A stretch of 64,000 nucleotides of DNA from the human T2T-CHM13v2.0 reference genome, Homo sapiens. This document shows, one piece after another, positions 21,902-36,165 of the stretch (positions are counted from its first letter, which is position 1; every line of letters begins with the position of its first letter). Made by a program: the position numbers and the translations under genes. Location: assembly GCF_009914755.1 (NCBI RefSeq), contig NC_060932.1; one strand, written 5' to 3'. The notes under the pieces were generated by a model that saw only the letters and a program-made list of their open reading frames with translations, did no database searches and had not been told where the DNA came from.

Positions 21902-23654
21902 TCCAAGGGCTTGAACATTTCTTGATTTGTTGGCAATCCAAATCGTTACGTCTCCGAAACAGAGTTGACTGAGGGGACCGCAGGGCTGGGCAGGACCTTT
22001 GACTTCCTATACATCCACAGGAGCAAGAAAACCTCAGCCCCACTCTACCAACACGCACCTAGTAAAATTCCGCCAACCGAATCTCACGCACGCTAACACG
22101 TGGGGAGCGTTGCTTGCACCACGAGTCCCCATTTGGCTCAACCGCCGATGCCAAGTGTGTGGTTCCAGTTGCGACGGCCCCCCGTGAAGTGGCTTCCGGA
22201 TGTGCGAAGGAACCAGGCAGAGTTTCACTGGCCAAATAGACCCCAGCAAAGCTGAAGTTAACTCCCACATTTGGGATGTACTTCAGAGGTAAAACATTCA
22301 TCCCGTCTTCTTTCCGGATGTCTGACACCATGGTTCTCCCCCTGATCCTAAGAGTAGCTGAGGCAGAGACTCACTAAAAGATCTAGGCGGGGATATCCCA
22401 TCATGCACAGGCTCTCTCCATTCTCTGACCTGGGACCAACTCTCAGTAGGATTCCACATCTAGGAGGCCTCGGAACTCAGCGGGATTTTCTGAGACACAC
22501 CAACTGGCTGCTCCCTCTCCGCCGCTGTTGAGGGTCGTTATCTTGATTATCCAGATCAACTAGAAAGTATCCGTATCCAGAATGAATAAGATCAACTCTC
22601 TGCTCCTCTGACAGCAGAAGGAGCAGGACCGTAAGGAACCAAAGAGCGTGGAAGGAAACGATGTGACAGGAAAGCTCAGAGAACGGCCACAGGGGGTCGT
22701 CAGCAGGCCTTCCAACCTGAATCATGAATAATTAATGAAGCGCAAATCAAAGGGGACTCGAGTTTCAGCAGGAGCAATTCATCCAACGGGAGATCGCCGG
22801 AGGGCCAACAACATTGAGTGACTGGGAGCCGGGTGCAGTGTCAAAGGGGACGCGACTGGTTCCAAAGCTCGAGAAGACCATGGGGTCACTTGGGCTACAT
22901 GAGAAAACGCCCCAGTGTGCTGGTTCATCATTCCGACTCCTGCCTGTCTCTTCCCGTCCAAGGAACATGGACCCTAAGTCGTGCAGGTGCGGATGACCAT
23001 GGGCAGAATTAGGGGCCGTGGCACAAAAGTTCACCGACACGGGAGTTCCACAGAAGGTGCGGTGGATCTTCGCAAATCCAGAGACATGGCAATGGGACCC
23101 AGGGAATTAGAGCCTCACAGGCGTCCGGGAGACTTTTCAGGCATAATGCCTGGAGTCGCAAGACGAGCTGAAAAAGGAGCCAGGCACTGAAGGACAAAGC
23201 GTTGTTGACTTTCCTCATCTGTGTTTCCCAGTGCGGTCCAATTCACGGTGGTTTCCAAGCGCCTCCTGGGGGAGAAAACACATGAGGGTGCGGTCAGGGT
23301 TCTCTGCTGACAGACTTACCTTGGGGAAGAAAGAGAAGCTCTGAAGATGGATCATGGCCGTGACTGCATGTCAAGGAGAGTCTCCTTGATGACACTGAGG
23401 CCTACGTCGAGATAGACAAAATGTGGTCCAATTAAAAGGTGTCTATTTTACCACATTTTTTAAAACAAAACAAAACAAAACAAAACAACAAAAAAGATGG
23501 AAAAGAAGACAGGGGTACAGGCACCAGTGTTACATGTCTGACGGGGAACATCTATTGTTCAAAGCTTGCAGCTGTACAAGTAGGTTTTAGAATGTCTGTC
23601 AGCAGTGGACATGATCTTAGAGTGGGCTGTGCAGATAGACCTTTCCAGGTCATG

Positions 23655-23744
23655 TAATTGGATTAAGTTAATTGCAATTAAGGTACAGGTAACTGATTAG
23701 GTTAGGGTACGTTCCATGTCAGGTGACCAGAGGCAGTATAAAAG
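23655..23744 (+). promoter_or_regulatory. FAM90A promoter, unit 4
   Basis: Same motif cluster as 712-801. Confidence 0.7.
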
Positions 23745-24894
23745 GCAGCCTGGAAAGCGGAGGTCCCTCTCTGCCCCTTCCTCCGTCGTCCTGGATGCTG
23801 CATCGCTTCCAGCCGGGCTGCTGCAGCACCTGCCCATCTCAGCGCCAGCCTGGGAAAGAACGTAGACGTGTAATTTCAGGTTAGTTTCGCTGAACAATTG
23901 TTTGTTTCACGCAATCCCTGAGGGGTATTTGCGGGGGGTGTGGGGGAGGAAGAGACAAAGGAGGCCGAAAGAAACCGATCACACTGGGGCTTGCTGGTGG
24001 GGTAGGATGTGTTCTCGTTACTAGTAATTCTTGGAACAGAAAACGAGAAAACATATCCGTCTCCACGTGTGGGAGAAGACCAAGATGGGAATGCGAAAAG
24101 AAATGTACTGCAGCATGCTGAATTGGTGGGTAAATGGAAAAAGGACTTTGGAAAAAAGGGGGTTTGCCCTTCAGCCGTGTAAGACGTCGATACGATACGG
24201 CACTTCTTCCCCGTTTGTTCAGATGAATTCGTGTGGTGTGCGTAAAATACCAGGAAAATAAATAAAGAGGGGCTGGAGCTAAAGCCAAAAGATAGAACAG
24301 GAAAGACCATCACCTGCTAGTGCGGTAGAGAGGAAGGTAACTTCTCTGTATGAATTTGTGTTTGGAAGTTGCCTAATGAAACGGCAAGAGTGGCGATTCA
24401 AGTTGTCACAGGAAGCATTCCTTATCCCTGACTTCAAGCAGACCTGCCAAAGGGTGGCACACGCCATGCCCTGTGTCTTCGATCATTCTGTCCGTCAAGG
24501 GAGATAGAATCACCGTGTCTTCTACCGGAGTGAATCGTGAGAGACCTAAGTCCAGTCTCCAGAATCAGTTGTTTGTTTGGGGTTGAAAGCTCAACCCCCC
24601 ATACCTAGGCCACGGGCCCTGTGGCAGGTGGGGTTTACTCTTGGACTAGGTAGTCATGGCAGAGGAACACACAATATCCGAGGATGCGCACAGCACATTG
24701 TGTTCTACAGATTTGACCGACTGGTGGTGAGGTCTCCTCATGACCACACAGGCAGGGAGTTAGCAGGTGGCTTCCTGTGGGTGTGTGAATATCCAACGTG
24801 CTTAACCATCGACATGTGTGTGTTTGTGTGTGTTTCAGGTGGCCCAACAGTCCACCCCTGAAAAAGGCGGTCATAAAACCCCCAGGAGACGAAG

Positions 24895-27800
24895 ATGATG
24901 GCACGTCGGGACCCCAAATCTTGGGCCAAGAGACTGGTGAGAGCCCAGACCCTCCAGAAGCAGCGGAGGGCCCCAGTTGGGCCAAGGGCTCCCCCGCCCG
25001 ATGAAGAAGATCCCAGGGTAAGTCTAGCCCTGGATCTCTTGGGTATCGGGGTGGGGGTGGGGACGGGGGGAGGGGGTGTCCCACGGTCCTCAGAGACTGG
25101 GTTGGATTCCAAAGAGTTCTGTCACCACCAGCCAGGTTGCTTTTCCCATCCAAGGTGGGCGTGGCTTGGGACCTTCTCCCCGGCCCGATAGGTCCCTTGA
25201 GAGACTCTTGGGGGCAACCTCCCTTTCTACTTAGAGTCCTGTGTAGCCACGTTTGGCTGCGTTGTTGACATCGGCTTCACCATCGTGCCCCTTGGAACCT
25301 TGAGTCCTTCCTTTCAGAGTTCCTCCGTCACATGGGCTTTGCGAGGGAACATCGTATCCGAAGTCTCCCAGCACTTAACGGCCCCCATGCCGGTGTCCCC
25401 TCTTTGGAATCCTTATTCAGCTCTGAATTCACAATCCGTCCCAATGTTGACGTGGGATCGCTGCCTGTGGCTTCAGCTCACTCACTGACATCACTTCCTT
25501 TCCACCCACAGCTCAAGTGCAAAAACTGCGGGGCCTTTGGCCACACGGCCAGAAGTACCAGGTGCCCCATGAAGTGCTGGAAGGCAGCCCTGGTTCCAGC
25601 GACCTTGGGGAAAAAGGAAGGGAAGGAAAACCTGAAACCACGGAAGCCCCGGGGTGAAGCCAACCCGGGGCCCTTGAACAAGGATAAGGGAGAGAAGGAA
25701 GAGAGACCAAGGTGAGCAGTGGGAGGGGTTTTCACCACTCTTAGGGTACGGCCTCCTAAGGACATGGTGCCTCTGCACCTGCACACCGTGTGCCTTTCCG
25801 TCTCCGGGCCAGGGAAGGAACGCTGCAGAGAAATAGGCCGGAGCTCCGTGTCCTCCGGGGTTCCACACCCAGGAGCTCCTTGGGCTCTGGGAGATTCAGG
25901 GACGGGGAGAGGCGGGGGCGCTTCGTGCAGGTTCCCCACGACAGCGGGAAAAGCGATGGAATCCAAATCACAGTCCTTAGCTGGGAAGCCTAGAGGGCCA
26001 CCTGGAGGATGGGAAGGTTGGCACGTGAGGGAAGGTGCAGAGGCGGAAAGGGCACCAGATGTCCATTTCTGTATCACAAAACACGGAATGGGGCTGGGCC
26101 CCAGACGGGGTTCTCCCTGTCTCCTGGGGAAAACCAGGGGGCACGGCCTGACCTTCTTCTGTTCTGCAGGCAACAAGACCCGCAGAGGAAGGCTCTCCTC
26201 CACATGTTTTCCGGGAAACCTCCAGAGAAGCCGCTGCCGAATGGAAAAGGATCCACGGAATCTTCTGATTATCTGAGGGCGAGTGTCACCCCGGGCCCCT
26301 GGTCTTTTTCTCCTCTAGGTCACCCTGGTTGATTTCCTTTCAGCTTCCCGTCTGCGGGAGGAAATCGGGGAACCCCTCTTTCTTGCCTTCTTGGGGTCAG
26401 GGACTCCACGATCCTTCCAGGTCAATTGGATTCCAGGCGAAGGCATCTGAACATGCCGTATTTCCTGTTGCTTTCTTTCTGTCCAATTATGGCAAGCCTG
26501 CCAACAACACGTTCCTAGCGGCATGAGGAAATTAGTCCCTCAGAGGCCCCAAACGTGGAGAAGGCGAAACCCAGGAACATGCATGTGTTCAGAGAAGACG
26601 TCCCGAGTACCCTTGAGCCAGCAACCTGCCTTGGGAAGGGCATTAGTCCGTTCCACTTCATGGAAGGCTGAGTGGAGGCGCTTTGATCCAGTTAATGCCC
26701 AAGACGCGATCTTTTGAACAATGGTGTGCTTAGATCAGCTACACATAGCTCGAGAGCGCATCTTTCATGTGTCTTGTCCTGATCAGCACTCAGGTGGAGG
26801 GTCTGTCCCTACTTCCAAGGACCGCCTGTCGATACTGTACTAAGAATTTCATGGCGTGTGCACCTTGTCTTTGGATGTGCTTGATTTTCACGTTGGCTCC
26901 ATGCTGAGGAACTTCTAACCTGTGTTGTTTCCTCTCTTTCAGGTTGCAAGCGGGCCAATGCCGGTCCACACAACCAGTAAGAGGCCGCGCTTGGACCCTG
27001 TCCTCGCTGATCGCTCCGCAACCGAAATGTCTGGCAGGGGCTCCGTCTTGGCTTCACTGTCTCCCCTCAGAAAAGCCAGCCTGAGCTCCTCCTCAAGTCT
27101 TGGACCAAAGGAAAGACAGACTGGGGCTGCGGCCGACATGCCTCAGCCTGCAGTCAGGCACCAGGGCCGCGAGCCTCTCCTCGTGGTGAAGCCGACACAC
27201 AGCCGCCCCGAGGGTGGCTGCCGAGAAGTTCCCCAGGCTGCCTCCAAAACCCACGGCCTGCTCCAGGCCTCCAGACCCCAGGCACAAGACAAACGTCCTG
27301 CGGTGACCCCACAGCCCTGCCCGCCAGCCGCCACACACAGCTTGGGCCTAGGCTCCAATCTCAGCTTCGGGCCAGGAGCCAAGAGACCTGCCCAGGCTCC
27401 GATTCAGGCTTGCCTGAACTTCCCCAAGAAACCGAGACTGGGTCCCTTCCAGATCCCCGAAAGCGCCATCCAGGGAGGTGAGCTGGGGGCCCCGGAGAAT
27501 CTCCAACCTCCGCCAGCCGCAACCGAACTTGGACCAAGTACGTCGCCCCAGATGGGCAGGAGGACACCGGCCCAGGTGCCCAGCGTCGACCGGCAGCCTC
27601 CGCACAGCAGACCTTGCCTGCCTACTGCCCAGGCCTGCACCATGTCCCATCACTCAGCGGCCGGCCATGATGGGGCCCAGCCTCTCAGAGTGCTCTTCCG
27701 GAGACTGGAAAACGGACGCTGGAGCTCCAGCCTCCTGGCGGCCCCCTCATTTCACTCTCCTGAGAAGCCGGGAGCCTTTCTCGCTCAGAGCCCTCATGTG

Positions 27801-27905
27801 TCAGAGAAGTCTGAGGCTCCCTGTGTTCGTGTCCCACCGAGCGTCCTCTATGAGGACCTTCAGGTTTCCTCCTCCTCAGAGGAGAGCGATTCTGACCTGG
27901 AGTGA
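24895..27905 (+). CDS. FAM90A: FAM90A copy 4, 464 aa; exons 24895-25017, 25512-25711, 26170-26278, 26943-27905
   Basis: As copy 1; open frame; GC donor at 26279. Confidence 0.93.
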
Positions 27906-28519
27906 GACTGCAGGTGGCAGGGGCTCCTTGGCCTCCAGCTCCCGTGACTTGGAGGGGACTGTGGGACTGAGGAGCGCAGAGCAGAGAGCACACTCTGTGC
28001 GGTGACTCCGAAGCTCCCCGGCTGTGGCGCTTCTGTGGATGTGGGAGCCCAGGCCAGGCAGGGAGCAGATGCAGGGACTCTGCCTCATTGAATTCTGGTG
28101 AGGGACGTTGTAGTTGGCGTGGTTCTCCCGAAACGCGCCAGGAAAAGCTTCCGTGCCAGAGATTCGTTGCCTCAGAAACTGCGTGACGCGCAGGAGTCAG
28201 ACTTCCGCTGGGACGTCAATAGGAAACTGGGGAATTACTGTGTATTTGCTGTCTAGATGACTGAATAAGGGAAAAGTTAGGGAACCCTGAGAGGTGCAGC
28301 CCTTCCGCTGTGCCCCGCCCTGAGAGCAGTGTTTCGGACGCTGGGAAGCGTGCTGTGCGAAGCGCTCTCGGGGTCTTTCCTCAGCCTCGAAAACTGGGCT
28401 CTGGAATGCCTTTGTACATATGTGTGTTTAATGTGTTTTGAAGTGAATAAAATTCTCAAAAAGATGACATATTGTCTTTTGACTCTCATTCCGTGTTTGT
28501 GTGTAACTGATTTTCCAAG

Positions 28520-29551
28520 TGAAGGGGTGGCCTGCCCCTCCACACCTGTGGGTGTTTCTAGTCGGGTGGGATGAGAGACGGAGAAAAGAAATAAGACACA
28601 GAGACAAAGTATAGGGAGACAACAGTGGGTCCAGGGGACAGGCACTCAGCACACCTAGGACCTGCACCGGCACCGGCCTCTGAGTTCCCTCAGTTTTTAT
28701 TGATTATGATTTTCATTATTTCAGCACAAAGGAATGCAGTAGGGGAGCAGGGTGATAATAAGGGGAAGGTCAACAACAACAACAAAAAACAAACACGTGA
28801 GCAAAAGAATCCATATCATTATTAAGTTCAAGGGAAGGTACTATGCCTGGACGTGCACGTAGGCCAGATTTATGTTTCTCTCCACACAAATATCTCAGCG
28901 GAGTAAAGAAAGCAAGGCAGCATTACTGCCAACATGTCTCACCTCCCGCCACAGGGCAGCTTTTCTCCGAGCTCAGAGTTGAACAAATGTACGATCGGGC
29001 TTTACACCGAGACATTCAGTTCCCAGGGGCAAGCAGGAGACAGTGGCCTTCCTCCATCTGAACTGCAAGAGGCGTTCCTCTTTGACTAATCCACCTCAGC
29101 ACAGACCCATTGCAGGTGTCAGGCTGGGGGACATTCAGGACTTTCCCATCCCACGAGGCCATATTTCAGACTGTCACATGGGGAGAAACCTTGGACAATA
29201 CCCTGCTTTCAAGGGCAGAGGTCCCTGTGGCTTTCCACGGTACATTGCGCCCCTGGTTTATTGAGACTAGAGAATGGCAATGACTTCTACCAAGTATACT
29301 GCTCGTAAACATTTGGTTAACAAGGCGCGTCCTGCACAGCCCTAGATCCCTTAAACCTCGATTTTATACAACACAGGTTTTTGTGAGCTCCAAGTTGGGT
29401 CAAAGGAAGGGGCTGCGGCAAAGCTACAAATGATCAACATCTCAGTAAAGCAATTGTTTAAAGTACAGGTCTTTTTCAAAATGGAGTCTCTTATGTCTTC
29501 CCCTTCTACATAGACACAGTGACAGTCTGATCTCTCTTTCTTTACCCTACA
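28520..29551 (-). mobile_element. Solo LTR5A-like LTR, unit 4
   Basis: As unit 1; TSD TCCAAG. Confidence 0.9.
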
Positions 29552-31299
29552 TCCAAGGGCTTGAACATTTCTTGATTTGTTGGCAATCCAAATCGTTACG
29601 TCTCCGAAACAGAGTTGACTGAGGGGACCGCAGGGCTGGGCAGGACCTTTGACTTCCTATACATCCACAGGAGCAAGAAAACCTCAGCCCCACTCTACCA
29701 ACACGCACCTAGTAAAATTCCGCCAACCGAATCTCACGCACGCTAACACGTGGGGAGCGTTGCTTGCACCACGAGTCCCCATTTGGCTCAACCGCCGATG
29801 CCAAGTGTGTGGTTCCAGTTGCGACGGCCCCCCGTGAAGTGGCTTCCGGATGTGCGAAGGAACCAGGCAGAGTTTCACTGGCCAAATAGACCCCAGCAAA
29901 GCTGAAGTTAACTCCCACATTTGGGATGTACTTCAGAGGTAAAACATTCATCCCGTCTTCTTTCCGGATGTCTGACACCATGGTTCTCCCCCTGATCCTA
30001 AGAGTAGCTGAGGCAGAGACTCACTAAAAGATCTAGGCGGGGATATCCCATCATGCACAGGCTCTCTCCATTCTCTGACCTGGGACCAACTCTCAGCAGG
30101 ATTCCACATCTAGGAGGCCTCGGAACTCAGCGGGATTTTCTGAGACACACCAACTGGCTGCTCCCTCTCCGCCGCTGTTGAGGGTCGTTATCTTGATTAT
30201 CCAGATCAACTAGAAAGTATCCGTATCCAGAATGAATAAGATCAACTCTCTGCTCCTCTGACAGCAGAAGGAGCAGGACCGTAAGGAACCAAAGAGCGTG
30301 GAAGGAAACGATGTGACAGGAAAGCTCAGAGAACGGCCACAGGGGGTCGTCAGCAGGCCTTCCAACCTGAATCATGAATAATTAATGAAGCGCAAATCAA
30401 AGGGGACTCGAGTTTCAGCAGGAGCAATTCATCCAACGGGAGATCGCCGGAGGGCCAACAACATTGAGTGACTGGGAGCCGGGTGCAGTGTCAAAGGGGA
30501 CGCGACTGGTTCCAAAGCTCGAGAAGACCATGGGGTCACTTGGGCTACATGAGAAAACGCCCCAGTGTGCTGGTTCATCATTCCGACTCCTGCCTGTCTC
30601 TTCCCGTCCAAGGAACATGGACCCTAAGTCGTGCAGGTGCGGATGACCATGGGCAGAATTAGGGGCCGTGGCACAAAAGTTCACCGACACGGGAGTTCCA
30701 CAGAAGGTGCGGTGGATCTTCGCAAATCCAGAGACATGGCAATGGGACCCAGGGAATTAGAGCCTCACAGGCGTCCGGGAGACTTTTCAGGCATAATGCC
30801 TGGAGTCGCAAGACGAGCTGAAAAAGGAGCCAGGCACTGAAGGACAAAGCGTTGTTGACTTTCCTCATCTGTGTTTCCCAGTGCGGTCCAATTCACGGTG
30901 GTTTCCAAGCGCCTCCTGGGGGAGAAAACACATGAGGGTGCGGTCAGGGTTCTCTGCTGACAGACTTACCTTGGGGAAGAAAGAGAAGCTCTGAAGATGG
31001 ATCATGGCCGTGACTGCATGTCAAGGAGAGTCTCCTTGATGACACTGAGGCCTACGTCGAGATAGACAAAATGTGGTCCAATTAAAAGGTGTCTATTTTA
31101 CCACATTTTTTAAAACAAAACAAAACAAAACAACAAAAAAGATGGAAAAGAAGACAGGGGTACAGGCACCAGTGTTACATGTCTGACGGGGAACATCTAT
31201 TGTTCAAAGCTTGCAGCTGTACAAGTAGGTTTTAGAATGTCTGTCAGCAGTGGACATGATCTTAGAGTGGGCTGTGCAGATAGACCTTTCCAGGTCATG

Positions 31300-31389
31300 T
31301 AATTGGATTAAGTTAATTGCAATTAAGGTACAGGTAACTGATTAGGTTAGGGTACGTTCCATGTCAGGTGACCAGAGGCAGTATAAAAG
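31300..31389 (+). promoter_or_regulatory. FAM90A promoter, unit 5
   Basis: Same motif cluster as 712-801. Confidence 0.7.
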
Positions 31390-32540
31390 GCAGCCTGGAA
31401 AGCGGAGGTCCCTCTCTGCCCCTTCCTCCGTCGTCCTGGATGCTGCATCGCTTCCAGCCGGGCTGCTGCAGCACCTGCCCATCTCAGCGCCAGCCTGGGA
31501 AAGAACGTAGACGTGTAATTTCAGGTTAGTTTCGCTGAACAATTGTTTGTTTCACGCAATCCCTGAGGGGTATTTGCGGGGGGTGTGGGGGAGGAAGAGA
31601 CAAAGGAGGCCGAAAGAAACCGATCACACTGGGGCTTGCTGGTGGGGTAGGATGTGTTCTCGTTACTAGTAATTCTTGGAACAGAAAACGAGAAAACATA
31701 TCCGTCTCCACGTGTGGGAGAAGACCAAGATGGGAATGCGAAAAGAAATGTACTGCAGCATGCTGAATTGATGGGTAAATGGAAAAAGGACTTTGGAAAA
31801 AAGGGGGGTTTGCCCTTCAGCCATGTAAGACGTCGATACGATACGGCACTTCTTCCCCGTTTGTTCAGATGAATTCGTGTGGTGTGCGTAAAATACCAGG
31901 AAAATAAATAAAGAGGGGCTGGAGCTAAAGCCAAAAGATAGAACAGGAAAGACCATCACCTGCTAGTGCGGTAGAGAGGAAGGTAACTTCTCTGTATGAA
32001 TTTGTGTTTGGAAGTTGCCTAATGAAACGGCAAGAGTAGCGATTCAAGTTGTCACAGGAAGCATCCCTTATCCGTGACTTCAAGCAGACCTGCCAAAGGG
32101 TGGCACACGCCATGCCCTGTGTCTTCGATCATTCTGTCCGTCAAGGGAGATAGAATCACCGTGTCTTCTACCGGAGTGAATCGTGAGAGACCTAAGTCCA
32201 GTCTCCAGAATCAGTTGTTTGTTTGGGGTTGAAAGCTCAACCCCCCATACCTAGGCCACGGGCCCTGTGGCAGGTGGGGTTTACTCTTGGACTAGGTAGT
32301 CATGGCAGAGGAACACACAATATCCGAGGATGCGCACAGCACATTGTGTTCTACAGATTTGACCGACTGGTGGTGAGGTCTCCTCATGACCACACAGGCA
32401 GGGAGTTAGCAGGTGGCTTCCTGTGGGTGTGTGAATATCCAACGTGCTTAACCATCGACATGTGTGTGTTTGTGTGTGTTTCAGGTGGCCCAACAGTCCA
32501 CCCCTGAAAAAGGCGGTCATAAAACCCCCAGGAGACGAAG

Positions 32541-35500
32541 ATGATGGCACGTCGGGACCCCAAATCTTGGGCCAAGAGACTGGTGAGAGCCCAGACCCTC
32601 CAGAAGCAGCGGAGGGCCCCAGTTGGGCCAAGGGCTCCCCCGCCCGATGAAGAAGATCCCAGGGTAAGTCTAGCCCTGGATCTCTTGGGTATCGGGGTGG
32701 GGGTGGGGACGGGGGGAGGGGGTGTCCCACGGTCCTCAGAGACTGGGTTGGATTCCAAAGAGTTCTGTCACCACCAGCCAGGTTGCTTTTCCCATCCAAG
32801 GTGGGCGTGGCTTGGGACCTTCTCCCCGGCCCGATAGGTCCCTTGAGAGACTCTTGGGGGCAACCTCCCTTTCTACTTCGAGTCCTGTGTAGCCACGTTT
32901 GGCTGCGTTGTTGACATCGGCTTCACCATCGTGCCCCTTGGAACCTTGAGTCCTTCCTTTCAGAGTTCCTCCGTCACATGGGCTTTGCGAGGGAACATCG
33001 TATCCGAAGTCTCCCAGCACTTAACGGCCCCCATGCCGGTGTCCCCTCTTTGGAATCCTTATTCAGCTCTGAATTCACAATCCGTCCCAATGTTGACGTG
33101 GGATCGCTGCCTGTGGCTTCAGCTCACTCACTGACATCACTTCCTTTCCACCCACAGCTCAAGTGCAAAAACTGCGGGGCCTTTGGCCACACGGCCAGAA
33201 GTACCAGGTGCCCCATGAAGTGCTGGAAGGCAGCCCTGGTTCCAGCGACCTTGGGGAAAAAGGAAGGGAAGGAAAACCTGAAACCACGGAAGCCCCGGGG
33301 TGAAGCCAACCCGGGGCCCTTGAACAAGGATAAGGGAGAGAAGGAAGAGAGACCAAGGTGAGCAGTGGGAGGGGTTTTCACCACTCTTAGGGTACGGCCT
33401 CCTAAGGACATGGTGCCTCTGCACCTGCACACCGTGTGCCTTTCCGTCTCCGGGCCAGGGAAGGAACGCTGCAGAGAAATAGGCCGGAGCTCCGTGTCCT
33501 CCGGGGTTCCACACCCAGGAGCTCCTTGGGCTCTGGGAGATTCAGGGACGGGGAGAGGCGGGGGCGCTTCGTGCAGGTTCCCCACGACAGCGGGAAAAGC
33601 GATGGAATCCAAATCACAGTCCTTAGCTGGGAAGCCTAGAGGGCCACCTGGAGGATGGGAAGGTTGGCACGTGAGGGAAGGTGCAGAGGCGGAAAGGGCA
33701 CCAGATGTCCATTTCTGTATCACAAAACACGGAATGGGGCTGGGCCCCAGACGGGGTTCTCCCTGTCTCCTGGGGAAAACCAGGGGGCACGGCCTGACCT
33801 TCTTCTGTTCTGCAGGCAACAAGACCCGCAGAGGAAGGCTCTCCTCCACATGTTTTCCGGGAAACCTCCAGAGAAGCCGCTGCCGAATGGAAAAGGATCC
33901 ACGGAATCTTCTGATTATCTGAGGGCGAGTGTCACCCCGGGCCCCTGGTCTTTTTCTCCTCTAGGTCACCCTGGTTGATTTCCTTTCAGCTTCCCGTCTG
34001 CGGGAGGAAATCGGGGAACCCCTCTTTCTTGCCTTCTTGGGGTCAGGGACTCCACGATCCTTCCAGGTCAATTGGATTCCAGGCGAAGGCATCTGAACAT
34101 GCCGTATTTCCTGTTGCTTTCTTTCTGTCCAATTATGGCAAGCCTGCCAACAACACGTTCCTAGCGGCATGAGGAAATTAGTCCCTCAGAGGCCCCAAAC
34201 GTGGAGAAGGCGAAACCCAGGAACATGCATGTGTTCAGAGAAGACGTCCCGAGTACCCTTGAGCCAGCAACCTGCCTTGGGAAGGGCATTAGTCCGTTCC
34301 ACTTCATGGAAGGCTGAGTGGAGGCGCTTTGATCCAGTTAATGCCCAAGACGCGATCTTTTGAACAATGGTGTGCTTAGATCAGCTACACATAGCTCGAG
34401 AGCGCATCTTTCATGTGTCTTGTCCTGATCAGCACTCAGGTGGAGGGTCTGTCCCTACTTCCAAGGACCGCCTGTCGATACTGTACTAAGAATTTCATGG
34501 CGTGTGCACCTTGTCTTTGGATGTGCTTGATTTTCACGTTGGCTCCATGCTGAGGAACTTCTAACCTGTGTTGTTTCCTCTCTTTCAGGTTGCAAGCGGG
34601 CCAATGCCGGTCCACACAACCAGTAAGAGGCCGCGCTTGGACCCTGTCCTCGCTGATCGCTCCGCAACCGAAATGTCTGGCAGGGGCTCCGTCTTGGCTT
34701 CACTGTCTCCCCTCAGAAAAGCCAGCCTGAGCTCCTCCTCAAGTCTTGGACCAAAGGAAAGACAGACTGGGGCTGCGGCCGACATGCCTCAGCCTGCAGT
34801 CAGGCACCAGGGCCGCGAGCCTCTCCTCGTGGTGAAGCCGACACACAGCCGCCCCGAGGGTGGCTGCCGAGAAGTTCCCCAGGCTGCCTCCAAAACCCAC
34901 GGCCTGCTCCAGGCCTCCAGACCCCAGGCACAAGACAAACGTCCTGCGGTGACCCCACAGCCCTGCCCGCCAGCCGCCACACACAGCTTGGGCCTAGGCT
35001 CCAATCTCAGCTTCGGGCCAGGAGCCAAGAGACCTGCCCAGGCTCCGATTCAGGCTTGCCTGAACTTCCCCAAGAAACCGAGACTGGGTCCCTTCCAGAT
35101 CCCCGAAAGCGCCATCCAGGGAGGTGAGCTGGGGGCCCCGGAGAATCTCCAACCTCCGCCAGCCGCAACCGAACTTGGACCAAGTACGTCGCCCCAGATG
35201 GGCAGGAGGACACCGGCCCAGGTGCCCAGCGTCGACCGGCAGCCTCCGCACAGCAGACCTTGCCTGCCTACTGCCCAGGCCTGCACCATGTCCCATCACT
35301 CAGCGGCCGGCCATGATGGGGCCCAGCCTCTCAGAGTGCTCTTCCGGAGACTGGAAAACGGACGCTGGAGCTCCAGCCTCCTGGCGGCCCCCTCATTTCA
35401 CTCTCCTGAGAAGCCGGGAGCCTTTCTCGCTCAGAGCCCTCATGTGTCAGAGAAGTCTGAGGCTCCCTGTGTTCGTGTCCCACCGAGCGTCCTCTATGAG

Positions 35501-35551
35501 GACCTTCAGGTTTCCTCCTCCTCAGAGGAGAGCGATTCTGACCTGGAGTGA
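32541..35551 (+). CDS. FAM90A: FAM90A copy 5, 464 aa; exons 32541-32663, 33158-33357, 33816-33924, 34589-35551
   Basis: As copy 1; open frame; GC donor at 33925. Confidence 0.93.
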
Positions 35552-36165
35552 GACTGCAGGTGGCAGGGGCTCCTTGGCCTCCAGCTCCCGTGACTTGGAG
35601 GGGACTGTGGGACTGAGGAGCGCAGAGCAGAGAGCACACTCTGTGCGGTGACTCCGAAGCTCCCCGGCTGTGGCGCTTCTGTGGATGTGGGAGCCCAGGC
35701 CAGGCAGGGAGCAGATGCAGGGACTCTGCCTCATTGAATTCTGGTGAGGGACGTTGTAGTTGGCGTGGTTCTCCCGAAACGCGCCAGGAAAAGCTTCCGT
35801 GCCAGAGATTCGTTGCCTCAGAAACTGCGTGACGCGCAGGAGTCAGACTTCCGCTGGGACGTCAATAGGAAACTGGGGAATTACTGTGTATTTGCTGTCT
35901 AGATGACTGAATAAGGGAAAAGTTAGGGAACCCTGAGAGGTGCAGCCCTTCCGCTGTGCCCCGCCCTGAGAGCAGTGTTTCGGACGCTGGGAAGCGTGCT
36001 GTGCGAAGCGCTCTCGGGGTCTTTCCTCAGCCTCGAAAACTGGGCTCTGGAATGCCTTTGTACATATGTGTGTTTAATGTGTTTTGAAGTGAATAAAATT
36101 CTCAAAAAGATGACATATTGTCTTTTGACTCTCATTCCGTGTTTGTGTGTAACTGATTTTCCAAG